Shown here: piece after piece, positions 16,008 through 24,801 of the stretch | Layout of the letters: every line of letters begins with the position of its first letter | Position numbering within the stretch: the first letter of the stretch is position 1 | Assembly (NCBI GenBank): GCA_016872595.1 | Contig: VGZJ01000001.1 | Location: 5,117 to 69,116, forward strand | Length of the DNA: 64,000 bases | From: Planctomycetota bacterium | GTDB taxonomy: Bacteria; Planctomycetota; Planctomycetia; Gemmatales; Gemmataceae | Direction: 5' to 3' | Program-made: the position numbers and the translations under genes | Notes under the pieces: generated by a model | Seen by the model: only the letters and a program-made list of their open reading frames with translations | The model's database searches: none | Told to the model about the DNA's origin: nothing

Positions 16008-16059
16008 GAGGCACGCTCCGTGTGCCGTCGCTACTCACGGCACACGGAGTGTGCCTCCT
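16006..16059 (+). terminator. 22-bp hairpin overlapping the cimA stop codon
   Basis: AGGAGGCACGCTCCGTGTGCCG (16006-16027) pairs with CGGCACACGGAGTGTGCCTCCT (16038-16059): one G-U pair, a 10-nt loop, no T-run. Confidence 0.5.
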
Positions 16060-16087
16060 ACTTTGATAGACAGGGGAAACAACGATC

Positions 16088-19000
16088 ATGGCGACCGAAC
16101 TTCCGAAGGCGTACGACCCGAAGGCCGCGCAGGAAAAGTGGCTCACGTTCTGGGAACAGAAGGGCTACTTTCACAGCACGCCCGATGCAACGAAGAAGCC
16201 GTTCACCATCGTGATCCCGCCGCCGAACGTGACCGGCGCGCTGCACATGGGGCACGCGCTCAACAACACGCTCCAAGACGTGCTGATTCGCTGGAAGCGG
16301 ATGCAAGGCTTCAATGCCCTGTGGATGCCCGGCACCGACCACGCCGGCATCGCGACACAGTCCGTGGTGGAACGGCTGGTGCTTCAGCAGGAGAAGAAGA
16401 ACCGCCACGACCTCGGCCGCGACGAACTCGTGCGCCGCATCTGGGAGTGGAAGGACAAGTACGAGGCCCGCATCCTCGGCCAGCTCCGCGAGATCGGCGC
16501 GAGCGCCGATTGGAAGCGCACGCGCTTCACGCTCGACCCGGTATGCGCGCGGGCCGTGCGCGAGACCTTCTTCCGCATGTTCCGTGACGGCTACATCTAT
16601 CGCGGCAAGCGCCTCGTGAACTGGGACACGCACCTTCAGACCAGCGTGGCCGACGACGAAACCGACACGGTGGACACCAAGGGCGGGTTCTGGACGTTCA
16701 AGTATCAGGTGGACGGCGAAGCCGACACGTTCATCTCGTTCAGCACGACGCGCCCGGAGACGATGCTCGGCGACAGCGCGCTGTGCGTGCATCCAAGCGA
16801 CGAGCGCTACAAGCACCTCGTCGGCAAGACGGTGACGCAGCCGCACACTGGGCGCAAGATTCCGATCATCGCGGACGGCCAGCTCGCGGACCCGAAGCTC
16901 GGTACGGGTTGCGTGAAGGTGACGCCGGCGCACGACCCCAACGACTACGCCTGTTGGCAGCGGCACCCGGAAATCGCCGTCATCAACATCCTGAACCCGG
17001 ACGGCACGATCAACGAGAACGGCGGCGAGTACAAGGGGCTGGACCGCGCCAAGGCCCGCGACGCCGTGACCGAGAAGATGAAGGAACTCGGCCTTTACAT
17101 CGACCGCGCCGACCGCGACATCCCGCTCAAGATCAGCGACCGCAGCAAGACGCCGATCGAGCCGTACCTGTCGGACCAGTGGTTCGTGAAGATGGCCGAC
17201 CGCGACGACGCCAAGCCCGGCCTCGCGCAGATGACGATGGACGCCGTGACATCTGGGAAGGTGAAGTTCTTCCCCGAGCGCTACGCGCGCTCGTACCTCG
17301 ACTGGCTCGGCGAGAAGCGCGACTGGTGCATCAGTCGCCAACTCTGGTGGGGCCACCGCATCCCAGTGTGGCAGTCGAAGCCGATGCGCGACAAGGACAC
17401 AGTCGCGATTGCTGAGCGGCGGCTTACTCAGTGCAGTGCGCTCAGCAACGCGGTTGCAAACGAGCGGGCGTTCATCAAACTTGAGATCAACACCGAGGGC
17501 GCTGAACCGACGCTTCTAAAGAGTGATGCAGGTGCCTTCGGCGCAGTGGCAACTGCCACGAACTACATCTATGTGTGCCTTGCTGAACCGAACCCGACGG
17601 CAGAACAAGAGCTATCTGGACTCGGCTATCAGCAATCAGAGGATGTGCTCGACACATGGTTCTCGTCGGCCCTGTGGCCGCACAGCACGTTGGGCTGGCC
17701 GGGGCCGACGCTGCCGGAGGAGCGCGCCGAACGCACCGCGCCCGACTGGGACGCGATGCGCGCCTACTACCCCACCAGCACGCTGGTGACGAGCCGCGAC
17801 ATCATCACGCTGTGGGTGGCGCGTATGGTGCTAACCGGCCTCTACAACGTGGGCGACATCCCGTTCCATCAGGTGTACATCACGCCGAAGGTGCTCGACG
17901 GCTTCGGCGAGACGATGAGCAAGTCGAAGGGGAACGGGGTGGACCCGCTCGACATCATCGACCTGTACGGCACCGACGCCATGCGCTACGGCATGGTGAA
18001 ACTCGCCACCGAGACGCAGGACTCGAAGCTGCCCGTGGCGAACATCTGCCCGCACTGCAAGAAAGACGTGGCAGTGAAGCAAGAGCACATGTACATGCGG
18101 ACCAAGAAGCTCACTTGCCCTGAGTGCAAGAAGGAGTTCCGCCCCGGCGGGCCGTGGCCGACCGAAGACCCCGACCGCCCCACCGCGAAGCAAGGCTCAG
18201 ACCGCTTCGAGGAGGGTCGGAACTTCGCGAACAAGATGTGGAACGCGACGCGGTTCCTGCTGATGAACCTTGAGGGCTACACCCCCGGCCCGGTGAAGCT
18301 GGAGGAACTGCCCACCGAGGACAAGTGGCTGCTGTCGCGGCTCGCGACCACCACGAAGGCCGTGACCGCGGCGCTCGAGGGGTACAAGTTCAGCGACGTG
18401 GCCCGGCTCGTCTACGACTTCGTGTGGAGCGAGTTCTGCGACTGGTACATCGAGATGAGTAAGGGCCGGCTCAAAGACGCCGCCGCGCGCCCGCAAGCGC
18501 AGCGTGTGCTGGCCGGCGTGCTCGACGGTATCTTGCGGCTGGTGCAGCCGGTGATGCCGTTCGTGTCCGAATCGCTTTGGGAGGCGCTGCGCGACGCGGC
18601 CCCCGAGCGCGGGCTGCCGACCCCGGCGCGCGCGGAAGAGGCCGCTTGTATTGCCAAGTGGCCGTCGTACCCGGAGGCGTGGATCAGCGCCGACGTGGAG
18701 GCCCGGTTCGCGCGGATGCAAGAGCTGGTGCGCGGGGTGCGCGAGGTGCGGAACCGCTATCAGGTGGACGACAAGACGAAGCTCGACGTGGCCGTGAAGT
18801 GCAGCACGGACGTGGCCGCGGAGTTCAACGCGCTGGCCGCGTTCATCGGCCCGCTCGCCAGCATCTCCAACCTGACCGCGGGGCCGGCGGTGCCCAAGCC
18901 GAAGCCGTCCGGCGGCGTGGTGCGCCCGGAGTTCGAGGCGTACGTGGCGCTCGCCGGCCACATCGACGAAGCGGCCGAAGCGAAGCGCCTTGAGAAGCAG

Positions 19001-19171
19001 ATCGCCGACAAGAAGAAGTCGCTGGAGGGAACGAAGGCGAAGCTCGCCAACGAGAAGTTCGTGAGCAGCGCGCCCGCCGAGGTGGTACAGGCCCAGCGCG
19101 ACCTGCTGGCCGACATCGAGAAGCAAATCGCCTCGCTGGAAGAGAACCTGAAGGAGCTGAAGGGCGAGTAA
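16088..19171 (+). CDS. valS: valine--tRNA ligase
   Basis: PPPNVTGALHMGH, CISRQLWWGHRIP, DVLDTWFSS, KMSKSKGN, NFANKMWNATRF, and the C-terminal coiled coil. It contains two insertions (see findings). Confidence 0.97.
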   Translation: MATELPKAYDPKAAQEKWLTFWEQKGYFHSTPDATKKPFTIVIPPPNVTGALHMGHALNNTLQDVLIRWKRMQGFNALWMPGTDHAGIATQSVVERLVLQQEKKNRHDLGRDELVRRIWEWKDKYEARILGQLREIGASADWKRTRFTLDPVCARAVRETFFRMFRDGYIYRGKRLVNWDTHLQTSVADDETDTVDTKGGFWTFKYQVDGEADTFISFSTTRPETMLGDSALCVHPSDERYKHLVGKTVTQPHTGRKIPIIADGQLADPKLGTGCVKVTPAHDPNDYACWQRHPEIAVINILNPDGTINENGGEYKGLDRAKARDAVTEKMKELGLYIDRADRDIPLKISDRSKTPIEPYLSDQWFVKMADRDDAKPGLAQMTMDAVTSGKVKFFPERYARSYLDWLGEKRDWCISRQLWWGHRIPVWQSKPMRDKDTVAIAERRLTQCSALSNAVANERAFIKLEINTEGAEPTLLKSDAGAFGAVATATNYIYVCLAEPNPTAEQELSGLGYQQSEDVLDTWFSSALWPHSTLGWPGPTLPEERAERTAPDWDAMRAYYPTSTLVTSRDIITLWVARMVLTGLYNVGDIPFHQVYITPKVLDGFGETMSKSKGNGVDPLDIIDLYGTDAMRYGMVKLATETQDSKLPVANICPHCKKDVAVKQEHMYMRTKKLTCPECKKEFRPGGPWPTEDPDRPTAKQGSDRFEEGRNFANKMWNATRFLLMNLEGYTPGPVKLEELPTEDKWLLSRLATTTKAVTAALEGYKFSDVARLVYDFVWSEFCDWYIEMSKGRLKDAAARPQAQRVLAGVLDGILRLVQPVMPFVSESLWEALRDAAPERGLPTPARAEEAACIAKWPSYPEAWISADVEARFARMQELVRGVREVRNRYQVDDKTKLDVAVKCSTDVAAEFNALAAFIGPLASISNLTAGPAVPKPKPSGGVVRPEFEAYVALAGHIDEAAEAKRLEKQIADKKKSLEGTKAKLANEKFVSSAPAEVVQAQRDLLADIEKQIASLEENLKELKGE

Positions 19172-19181
19172 TGCGCGTCGC

Positions 19182-19330
19182 CTTCTGTAGCCGGGATCAT
19201 TGACCCCGGTGTTGATCCGCTCGTCTAGCTTATGCCTCACTGAGACCGGCTACAGAAGCACGGCCGTTGCGGAAATGTTGTAGCTGAACGGCGCGTCTGG
19301 CTCCGGCCTCAGTGAGGCCGGCTACAGAAG
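19182..19330. repeat. cluster of REP-like palindromic elements between convergent valS and truB
   Basis: CTTCTGTAGCCGG (19182-19194) is inverted relative to CCGGCTACAGAAG (19246-19258). A second unit, CCGGCCTCAGTGAGGCCGGCTACAGAAG, lies at 19303-19330. CCTCACTGAGACCGGCTACAGAAG and CCTCAGTGAGGCCGGCTACAGAAG are direct copies. Confidence 0.75.
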
Positions 19331-19334
19331 AAAC

Positions 19335-20204
19335 TCACTGGTGGAACATGACCCGGGTAACGAGCACGCCGCGCTCGACGATGCCGATCCCCACCAGTTC
19401 GCCCGACTCGCCGAGGAGTGCGAGTTCCACTCCTTCGGGCGGCTGACGCCCACTTGTCGTGACGATGGGGACGCGCTGACCTTGCCGCAAGCGCAGCGCT
19501 TCTTCGGCGCTCAGCGGCAGTTGCGGGAACCCGGCCAGTACGGTGAGCATCGGTTGTAGCTTCAACTCCGCGGGCGGTTCGTCCACGCCGACACCCTGCC
19601 CCGCCGCGAACGGCCCCACGCGCGTGCGCCGCAGCGTTTGCACCATGCCGCCGCAGCCGAGCGCCGCACCGAGGTCGCGCGCGATAGAGCGGATGTACGT
19701 GCCCTTCCCACAGTCCACTTCGACATCGAGATACGGCCACACGAAGCCGGTGACGCGAATCGCGTCGACGCGCACCGACCGCGCCGCCAGCGCGACTTCC
19801 TTTCCCTTGCGCACGAGGTCGTGCGCCCGCCGGCCGCCGACGCGCAGCGCGCTCACCGCGGGCGGTACCTGCTCGATCACGCCCACGAATCGTACCAGCG
19901 CCGCGTCGATCTGCTCGCGCGAAACGGGCGGCGCGTTCGTCTCGGTCACGTCGCCGTCGGCGTCGTCGCTCGTACTGGTTGCGCCGAGCCGGACGCGCGA
20001 CGTGTAGCTCTTGCCCATCGCCTGAACGTAGTCCGCGAGGCGCGTGGCGAGGCCGACGCACACGACGAGTACGCCCGTCGCCAGCGGGTCGAGCGTACCG
20101 GTGTGCCCGATCTTGGTCTTCCGCGGGAACCAGCGCTGCACGCGGTTCACCGCGTCGCGCGAGGTCATTCCGCCCGGCTTGTCGATTACGAGGATGCCGT
20201 TCAC
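19335..20204 (-). CDS. truB: tRNA pseudouridine(55) synthase
   Basis: GILVIDKPGGMTS, and GHTGTLDPLATGVL containing the catalytic Asp motif. Confidence 0.93.
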   Translation of the reverse strand: MNGILVIDKPGGMTSRDAVNRVQRWFPRKTKIGHTGTLDPLATGVLVVCVGLATRLADYVQAMGKSYTSRVRLGATSTSDDADGDVTETNAPPVSREQIDAALVRFVGVIEQVPPAVSALRVGGRRAHDLVRKGKEVALAARSVRVDAIRVTGFVWPYLDVEVDCGKGTYIRSIARDLGAALGCGGMVQTLRRTRVGPFAAGQGVGVDEPPAELKLQPMLTVLAGFPQLPLSAEEALRLRQGQRVPIVTTSGRQPPEGVELALLGESGELVGIGIVERGVLVTRVMFHQ

Positions 20205-20293
20205 GATTGGATACCGGCGGGCTCACGCCGCGCCGCTCGCTCTCTCCGTATCTTACCCCGCGAACGGACACCGCGACCGCGCACGAGGTTCCC

Positions 20294-21244
20294 ATGCCCG
20301 GTGGCACCTGTGTGATTTACAACCCGGCCGCGGGCCGCGGAAGGGCCGAGCGCCTGCTTCGGGCGCTGCCGCCGGCGCGCGCGCGCGACGTGGAACTGCG
20401 CCCGACCGCGCGGGCCGGGCACGCGGAGGAACTGGCGCGGGTGGCGAGCGAAGAGGGGTTCGCGAAGGTGGTCGCGGCCGGCGGCGACGGCACCGTTCAC
20501 GAGGTCGCCAACGGCGTGCTGCAAAGCGGGCGCGACCCGGTGTTCGGCGTCTGGCCGCTCGGCTCGGCCAACGACTTCGCCTTCACACTGGGCATGGGCG
20601 AATGGTGGAAGCGACACGAGCAGAACCCGCCGACAGATACGCTGTCGATTGACGTGGGCCGCGCGACCGCCGGCCCGCGCACGCGGTACTTCGTGTGCAA
20701 CCTCGGCGTCGGGTTTAACGGCATGGTGAACGGCGAGGCCCGCAAGACGCGCTGGCTCCGCGGCCTCCTGCTGTACGGTTGGGCGTTCGTCAAGTCGATG
20801 GTGAAGCACTTCAAGACCCCGACGATGACGGTGCGTTTCGATGGGCGCGCCGTGACGACGCCGACGCTCGCGCTGTCGGTGCTGAACGGTCAGCGCGAAG
20901 GGAACTTCCCGCTGCGACCCGACGCGCGCCTTACGGACGGCCGGTTCGACTACATGCACGCGACGCGGCTCACGCGCTGGCACCTGATGCGCTACCTGCC
21001 CGCGATGGTCCGCGGCACGCTGCCCACCAATCACAAGCTGCTGACGCTCGGACGCGCCGCACGCATCGAGGTGAAGTGCGAAGCGCCGCTGTGCGTCCAC
21101 GCCGACGGCGAGTTCGTGTGCGTGCCGGAAGACGACTTGCGCGAGTTGGTAGTCGAGGCGCTGCCCGCGCGGTTGCGCGTCGAGGTGTTCCCGCCCGCGC
21201 TGTACGGCGGGCGGGACGCGCGCGGTTCGCGCTACCCGACGTAA
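20294..21244 (+). CDS. diacylglycerol/lipid kinase family protein (YegS/LCB5-like)
   Basis: VIYNPAAGRG.., VVAAGGDGTVHEVANG, PLGSANDFA. Start set at ATG 20294; the upstream part of the ORF-track entry is Arg-rich. Confidence 0.85.
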   Translation: MPGGTCVIYNPAAGRGRAERLLRALPPARARDVELRPTARAGHAEELARVASEEGFAKVVAAGGDGTVHEVANGVLQSGRDPVFGVWPLGSANDFAFTLGMGEWWKRHEQNPPTDTLSIDVGRATAGPRTRYFVCNLGVGFNGMVNGEARKTRWLRGLLLYGWAFVKSMVKHFKTPTMTVRFDGRAVTTPTLALSVLNGQREGNFPLRPDARLTDGRFDYMHATRLTRWHLMRYLPAMVRGTLPTNHKLLTLGRAARIEVKCEAPLCVHADGEFVCVPEDDLRELVVEALPARLRVEVFPPALYGGRDARGSRYPT

Positions 21245-21459
21245 ACGCCCCACTTCTCGACGCGATTCGGGTCCGGCGGATCGACCTCGCCGGGCGGGTC
21301 GCCCGCGGACTCTTTGTCCGGTTGCGGCGGGTTGGCCTCGGACGGCGGGTCGCCGGCGCGGGGGTCGCGCACACCGGGCGGATCGGCGGTCGGCGGCGCG
21401 AACGGGTCGCCCACGCCCGTCGGGTCGCCGACGCCGATCGGGTCACCGACCTCGGACAT
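21232..21459 (-). CDS. small Pro/Asp-rich protein with GDP repeats (hypothetical)
   Basis: 75-aa ORF with almost exclusively G/C-ending codons and repeated GDP(I/T/F)G / GDPP units. It overlaps the convergent lipid kinase gene by 13 nt. Confidence 0.45.
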   Translation of the reverse strand: MSEVGDPIGVGDPTGVGDPFAPPTADPPGVRDPRAGDPPSEANPPQPDKESAGDPPGEVDPPDPNRVEKWGVYVG

Positions 21460-21664
21460 GATGCGGACTTCTGCCTACTCGGACTCGACGGGTTCGACCG
21501 TCGGCCGCGCCGCCGACGGCACGACGCGGTGGCCCAGTTCTTCCAGCGCCAGCGCGAACTTGAACGACGACACGGCACCCTCGACTGATCGGGTCAGCGC
21601 GACCGCCCCAGCGCCGGCCGCACCGCCGACACGCGGGGCCGCACTATTCGTGACCGTGATAACG

Positions 21665-21690
21665 AAAAACCCGCGCGAAGCCGCGCGGGT
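21665..21690 (-). terminator. intrinsic terminator after the ArsR-family gene
   Basis: CCCGCGCG (21670-21677), AAGC loop, CGCGCGGG (21682-21689). A plus-strand AAAAA run (21665-21669) gives a U-run on the minus strand. Confidence 0.65.
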
Positions 21691-21711
21691 TCGTGTGCGC
21701 TCGCGGCGCGA

Positions 21712-22023
21712 TCAGTTATGCGGAATCTCGACACGGCACCAACCGAGGTCCACGAACGTGGCCTTGTTGGTATCGTGGTGGAAGACCTTGGGGTGCAGCG
21801 AGTACACGACGAACCGTCCGTCCTTGTCGAACTCGACGAGGCCGGCGTCGCGGAGCACGCTCAAGTGGTGCGACACGTTCACGATCTCGGTCTTCAGGGC
21901 GTGGGCGATCTCGGTCACGTTCATCGACTTCGCGCGCAGGCACTCGATAATGCGGATGCGGTTCGGCTCGGCGATGGCGCTCAGCATCTTGGCGCACCGC
22001 TTCGCCTGCTCTTCGTCGGTCAT
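21712..22023 (-). CDS. ArsR/SmtB-family transcriptional regulator
   Basis: MTDEEQAKRCAKMLSAIAEPNRIRIIECLRAKSMNVTEIAHALKTEIVNVSHHLSVLRDAGLV: the winged-HTH signature of ArsR family members. Confidence 0.88.
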   Translation of the reverse strand: MTDEEQAKRCAKMLSAIAEPNRIRIIECLRAKSMNVTEIAHALKTEIVNVSHHLSVLRDAGLVEFDKDGRFVVYSLHPKVFHHDTNKATFVDLGWCRVEIPHN

Positions 22024-22118
22024 TGCGTCTGGCCCCGGTGGGTGCGGGCGCGTTCGGCCCGGTGAAGTTCTTTCGACCGTTCTCGTTGTACACTCGCGCG
22101 CGGCCAAAACAAGCCGCG

Positions 22119-22349
22119 CTAGCCGTTGCCCTTGCGCCCGCACCACGCGGCCCCGCACGGCGGCCCGTCGCCGCGGCAGTTGGTAGCAGGCGCGCCCTCG
22201 ACCACGCGCCCCGGCGCGGGCAGCCCGATCAGCCGGTCCAGTTCGGTGCCGGCGCACTTGGGGCACGCCACCGCGGTCGCGGCGCGCGCCGTCACGAGCG
22301 CCTCGAAGCTGTGCTCGCACGCCTTGCAGGTGTACTCGTAAAGTGGCAT
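22119..22349 (-). CDS. FmdB-family zinc-ribbon protein
   Basis: MPLYEYTCKACEHSFE...CPKCAG matches the CxxC_CxxC_SSSS signature. Confidence 0.85.
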   Translation of the reverse strand: MPLYEYTCKACEHSFEALVTARAATAVACPKCAGTELDRLIGLPAPGRVVEGAPATNCRGDGPPCGAAWCGRKGNG

Positions 22350-22361
22350 CGGTTCGCTCCG

Positions 22362-23345
22362 TTACTTGCGGCGCTTCTTGTACAGTTCGCTCGCCTTAAA
22401 CAGGATTTCCCGCTCCTCGGCGGTCAGGCTCTCTTGTCCGAGCTTCGACACCTTCTCAAGCACCGCGTCCACCTTCGCTTCGAGCTGTTCGTCGGCGGGC
22501 TTGGACGGGGCCGCGGGGGGCGGCGCGTGGACCGGCGCGCCCACCGGTTCCGGCTCGCGCTCCTCGCGCACCGGCGCGGGGATCACCCGCAACCGCGGGC
22601 GCGCCCGCGCGCGCTTCGACCGCACGAACACGGCGCTGAGGTTCAGTTCCAATTGGTAGTACACCAGCCCGAAGAGCGCACCGCCGAGGTGGGCGAAGTA
22701 CGCGGTACGCCCGCGCGGGGCGTTCGGGTTCACCAGTTCGCCGGTGGCCGAGAGCGCGTCGAACCCGACCCAGAGCGTCGCCAGCAACCACACCGGCATC
22801 GGGATCACGAAGAACAGGAGCACCTGTTGGCGCGGGTAGTGGAAGGCGTACACGATCAGCACGCCGAACACCGCGCCGCTGGCCCCGACCGCGCGCGCCG
22901 TGTCCGCGATCCCCGCGACCTGCGCGAGCATGTAGATGAGGCTCGACACCAGCCCGGAGGCGAGATAGAGCAGGACGAGTTCGCGACTCCCGTAGCGCTC
23001 CTCCAGTCGTGACGCGGTGAAGAACAGCACGAGCATGTTGCCGAACAGGTGCATGATGCCGGAGTGTAGCAGGAGCGGCGTTAGCAGCCGCCACACTTCG
23101 CCTTCGAGTACCTTCGCTTGGTCGAACGCCCCGTATGTGACGAGCGGGCTGCGGAGGATCGGGTTATCCCCTTCGGCGCGAGCCGGTGGCCCCGCGGTGA
23201 GGGCTTGGCCGAAGAAGATGCCGACCGTGAGCGCGACGAGCCAGACGGTCGCCCCTTGCTGGCCCATGCGGTCCAGAAAGCTCGGCCCCTCGCGATAGTA
23301 GTCCCGGTCTTGGATGCCCATGCCTGCCCCCGGTGGCGCGCCCAC
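22362..23345 (-). CDS. rhomboid-family intramembrane serine protease
   Basis: HSGIMHLFGNMLVLFF and GASGAVFG (catalytic Ser), AHLGGALFG (catalytic His), six TM segments. The start could instead be ATG 23321. Confidence 0.88.
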   Translation of the reverse strand: MGAPPGAGMGIQDRDYYREGPSFLDRMGQQGATVWLVALTVGIFFGQALTAGPPARAEGDNPILRSPLVTYGAFDQAKVLEGEVWRLLTPLLLHSGIMHLFGNMLVLFFTASRLEERYGSRELVLLYLASGLVSSLIYMLAQVAGIADTARAVGASGAVFGVLIVYAFHYPRQQVLLFFVIPMPVWLLATLWVGFDALSATGELVNPNAPRGRTAYFAHLGGALFGLVYYQLELNLSAVFVRSKRARARPRLRVIPAPVREEREPEPVGAPVHAPPPAAPSKPADEQLEAKVDAVLEKVSKLGQESLTAEEREILFKASELYKKRRK

Positions 23346-23455
23346 GCACCTAACTTACCAGACGGCGAGCCGAACGGGAACGAACGGCCGCGCTACCAGC
23401 GCGTTCTGGCCTCTTGACAAGCCGTCGCGCGGCCCTTACAAATCCATCTGAACGC

Positions 23456-23528
23456 GGCCCTATCGTCTAGTGGCCTAGGACGTGGCCCTCTCAAGGCCAA
23501 AACTCGGGTTCAAATCCCGATAGGGTCA
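23456..23528 (+). tRNA. tRNA-Glu (anticodon CUC)
   Basis: Hand-folded cloverleaf: acceptor GGCCCTA/TAGGGTC (one G-U), anticodon arm TGGCC-CTCTCAA-GGCCA, T arm TCGGG-TTCAAAT-CCCGA. The D region TCGTCTAGTGGCCTAGGAC is typical of tRNA-Glu. No encoded CCA. Confidence 0.9.
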
Positions 23529-24801
23529 TCTGAACGTCCGAACAGGACGCGACCGGAGCGGACAGGAACGGCCCGAAGGCTTGATAATCAAGCACTTCGG
23601 CCGGGGTTGTCCGCTCCGGTTCGTTTTGGTCCGTTCCCGTCCGCGCCGCATTTCGCGCCGCTTCGTGCGCCGGATTCTGCGCCGCTTTTTGGAAGTGGTC
23701 TTCCGTCACTTGTAAATAGTGTTCGCGAGCTACGGCCAGACTGTTCCCCAACCACTCACAAACGACGTGCGCGGGGAAACTGTTCGCGAGGTCTGTCTGA
23801 CACGACGCACGCAATCCGTGGAACAGGCGCGGCCACGGCTTTACCCCAGCCCGTTTGAGAATCCGCAGCAGCGGGTTCCGCCAGTTCGTCGTCAGCCCGT
23901 TCCCCATTCCCGAATCGGAGCGGTTGAAGTTGATAACGTGTACCTGCCCCGGTTCGGCCGCCTCGAACGCATCGCGCAGGTACGGGTACAGTTCGGGGAA
24001 GATCGGAACGACGCGCTGGGCCTTTCCGACGTGTTCGGTTTTCGGTGAGCGAACAACGAACCGGTTCTTATCCCAAAGAATGTCGCCCCACGTCAGCCCC
24101 AAGTGTTCGCTCGGACAGCGAAGACCCGCGTACCGGGACAGGGCGACGATCAGCCGCCACTCCGCCGACGGGCACGCGTCCAACACAGAGCGAATGGTTG
24201 CGACCGGAACGTACTCCTGCCGTTCGGGGTTCCCGCCCGTCGCGGTCTTCACTCCGGCGAAGGGGTTGGCGGTAATGATCCGCTTGCGCACCGCGTAAGC
24301 AAAGAACTGTTTCGCGCGGCCGGTCAACCGGCGCGCGGTGTTGAGCGCGAGTTCGTTCGCGAGCAGCTTGCGGTAGAAACCGTCCGCGTCGGCTTCGTTC
24401 ACGTCGGGGACGGTCTTCGCTTCCCCGAAGTACGCGACGAGCGCTTTCCCGGCTTGGTCGAGATTGATCGCGGTTCCGCGTTTCACGTCGGTGCGCGCCG
24501 TCTTGTATTCCGCGACCAACCCCGCGACCGTGACCACCTTCACGGGTTCTCGCGGCGCGACCAGTTCAACCTTCACCAACTTGTCGCGGAGTTTCTCGCC
24601 GATCTCCGACAACCACAAGGCGGTGCGGGCCGGGATCGGTAGCGCGCCATTCTTCGCGGCGAGCAGTTCCTCGACGTGACGGGCGATGCTCTCCGCGCCC
24701 GCGAGGGAGATTACGCCGAGCCGGATAGTTTTCCGCTGGTCGTCGGCGTTGACGAACTGGATGCGCTTGCGACCGTTGGGGTCGGAAATGACGGAAGCCA
24801 T
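23491..24801 (-). CDS. tyrosine recombinase / phage-type integrase
   Basis: N-terminal SAM-like domain, catalytic signature GLRCPSE ... HGLRASCQT ... REHYLQV. It is immediately adjacent to, and overlaps, tRNA-Glu. Confidence 0.9.
   Translation of the reverse strand: MASVISDPNGRKRIQFVNADDQRKTIRLGVISLAGAESIARHVEELLAAKNGALPIPARTALWLSEIGEKLRDKLVKVELVAPREPVKVVTVAGLVAEYKTARTDVKRGTAINLDQAGKALVAYFGEAKTVPDVNEADADGFYRKLLANELALNTARRLTGRAKQFFAYAVRKRIITANPFAGVKTATGGNPERQEYVPVATIRSVLDACPSAEWRLIVALSRYAGLRCPSEHLGLTWGDILWDKNRFVVRSPKTEHVGKAQRVVPIFPELYPYLRDAFEAAEPGQVHVINFNRSDSGMGNGLTTNWRNPLLRILKRAGVKPWPRLFHGLRASCQTDLANSFPAHVVCEWLGNSLAVAREHYLQVTEDHFQKAAQNPAHEAARNAARTGTDQNEPERTTPAEVLDYQAFGPFLSAPVASCSDVQMTLSGFEPEFWP

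Noticed and set aside
16036-16046. 11-mer CGGCACACGGA shared between the cimA hairpin (16038-16048) and 58310-58320
   Set aside because: A single 11-nt GC-rich match in a window this size is compatible with chance. No surrounding similarity.
21314-22186. 290-aa plus-strand ORF spanning the ArsR gene region
   Set aside because: It is antisense to a clear ArsR-family gene and to the GDP-repeat ORF. Its product is Ser/Arg/Ala-rich without motifs.
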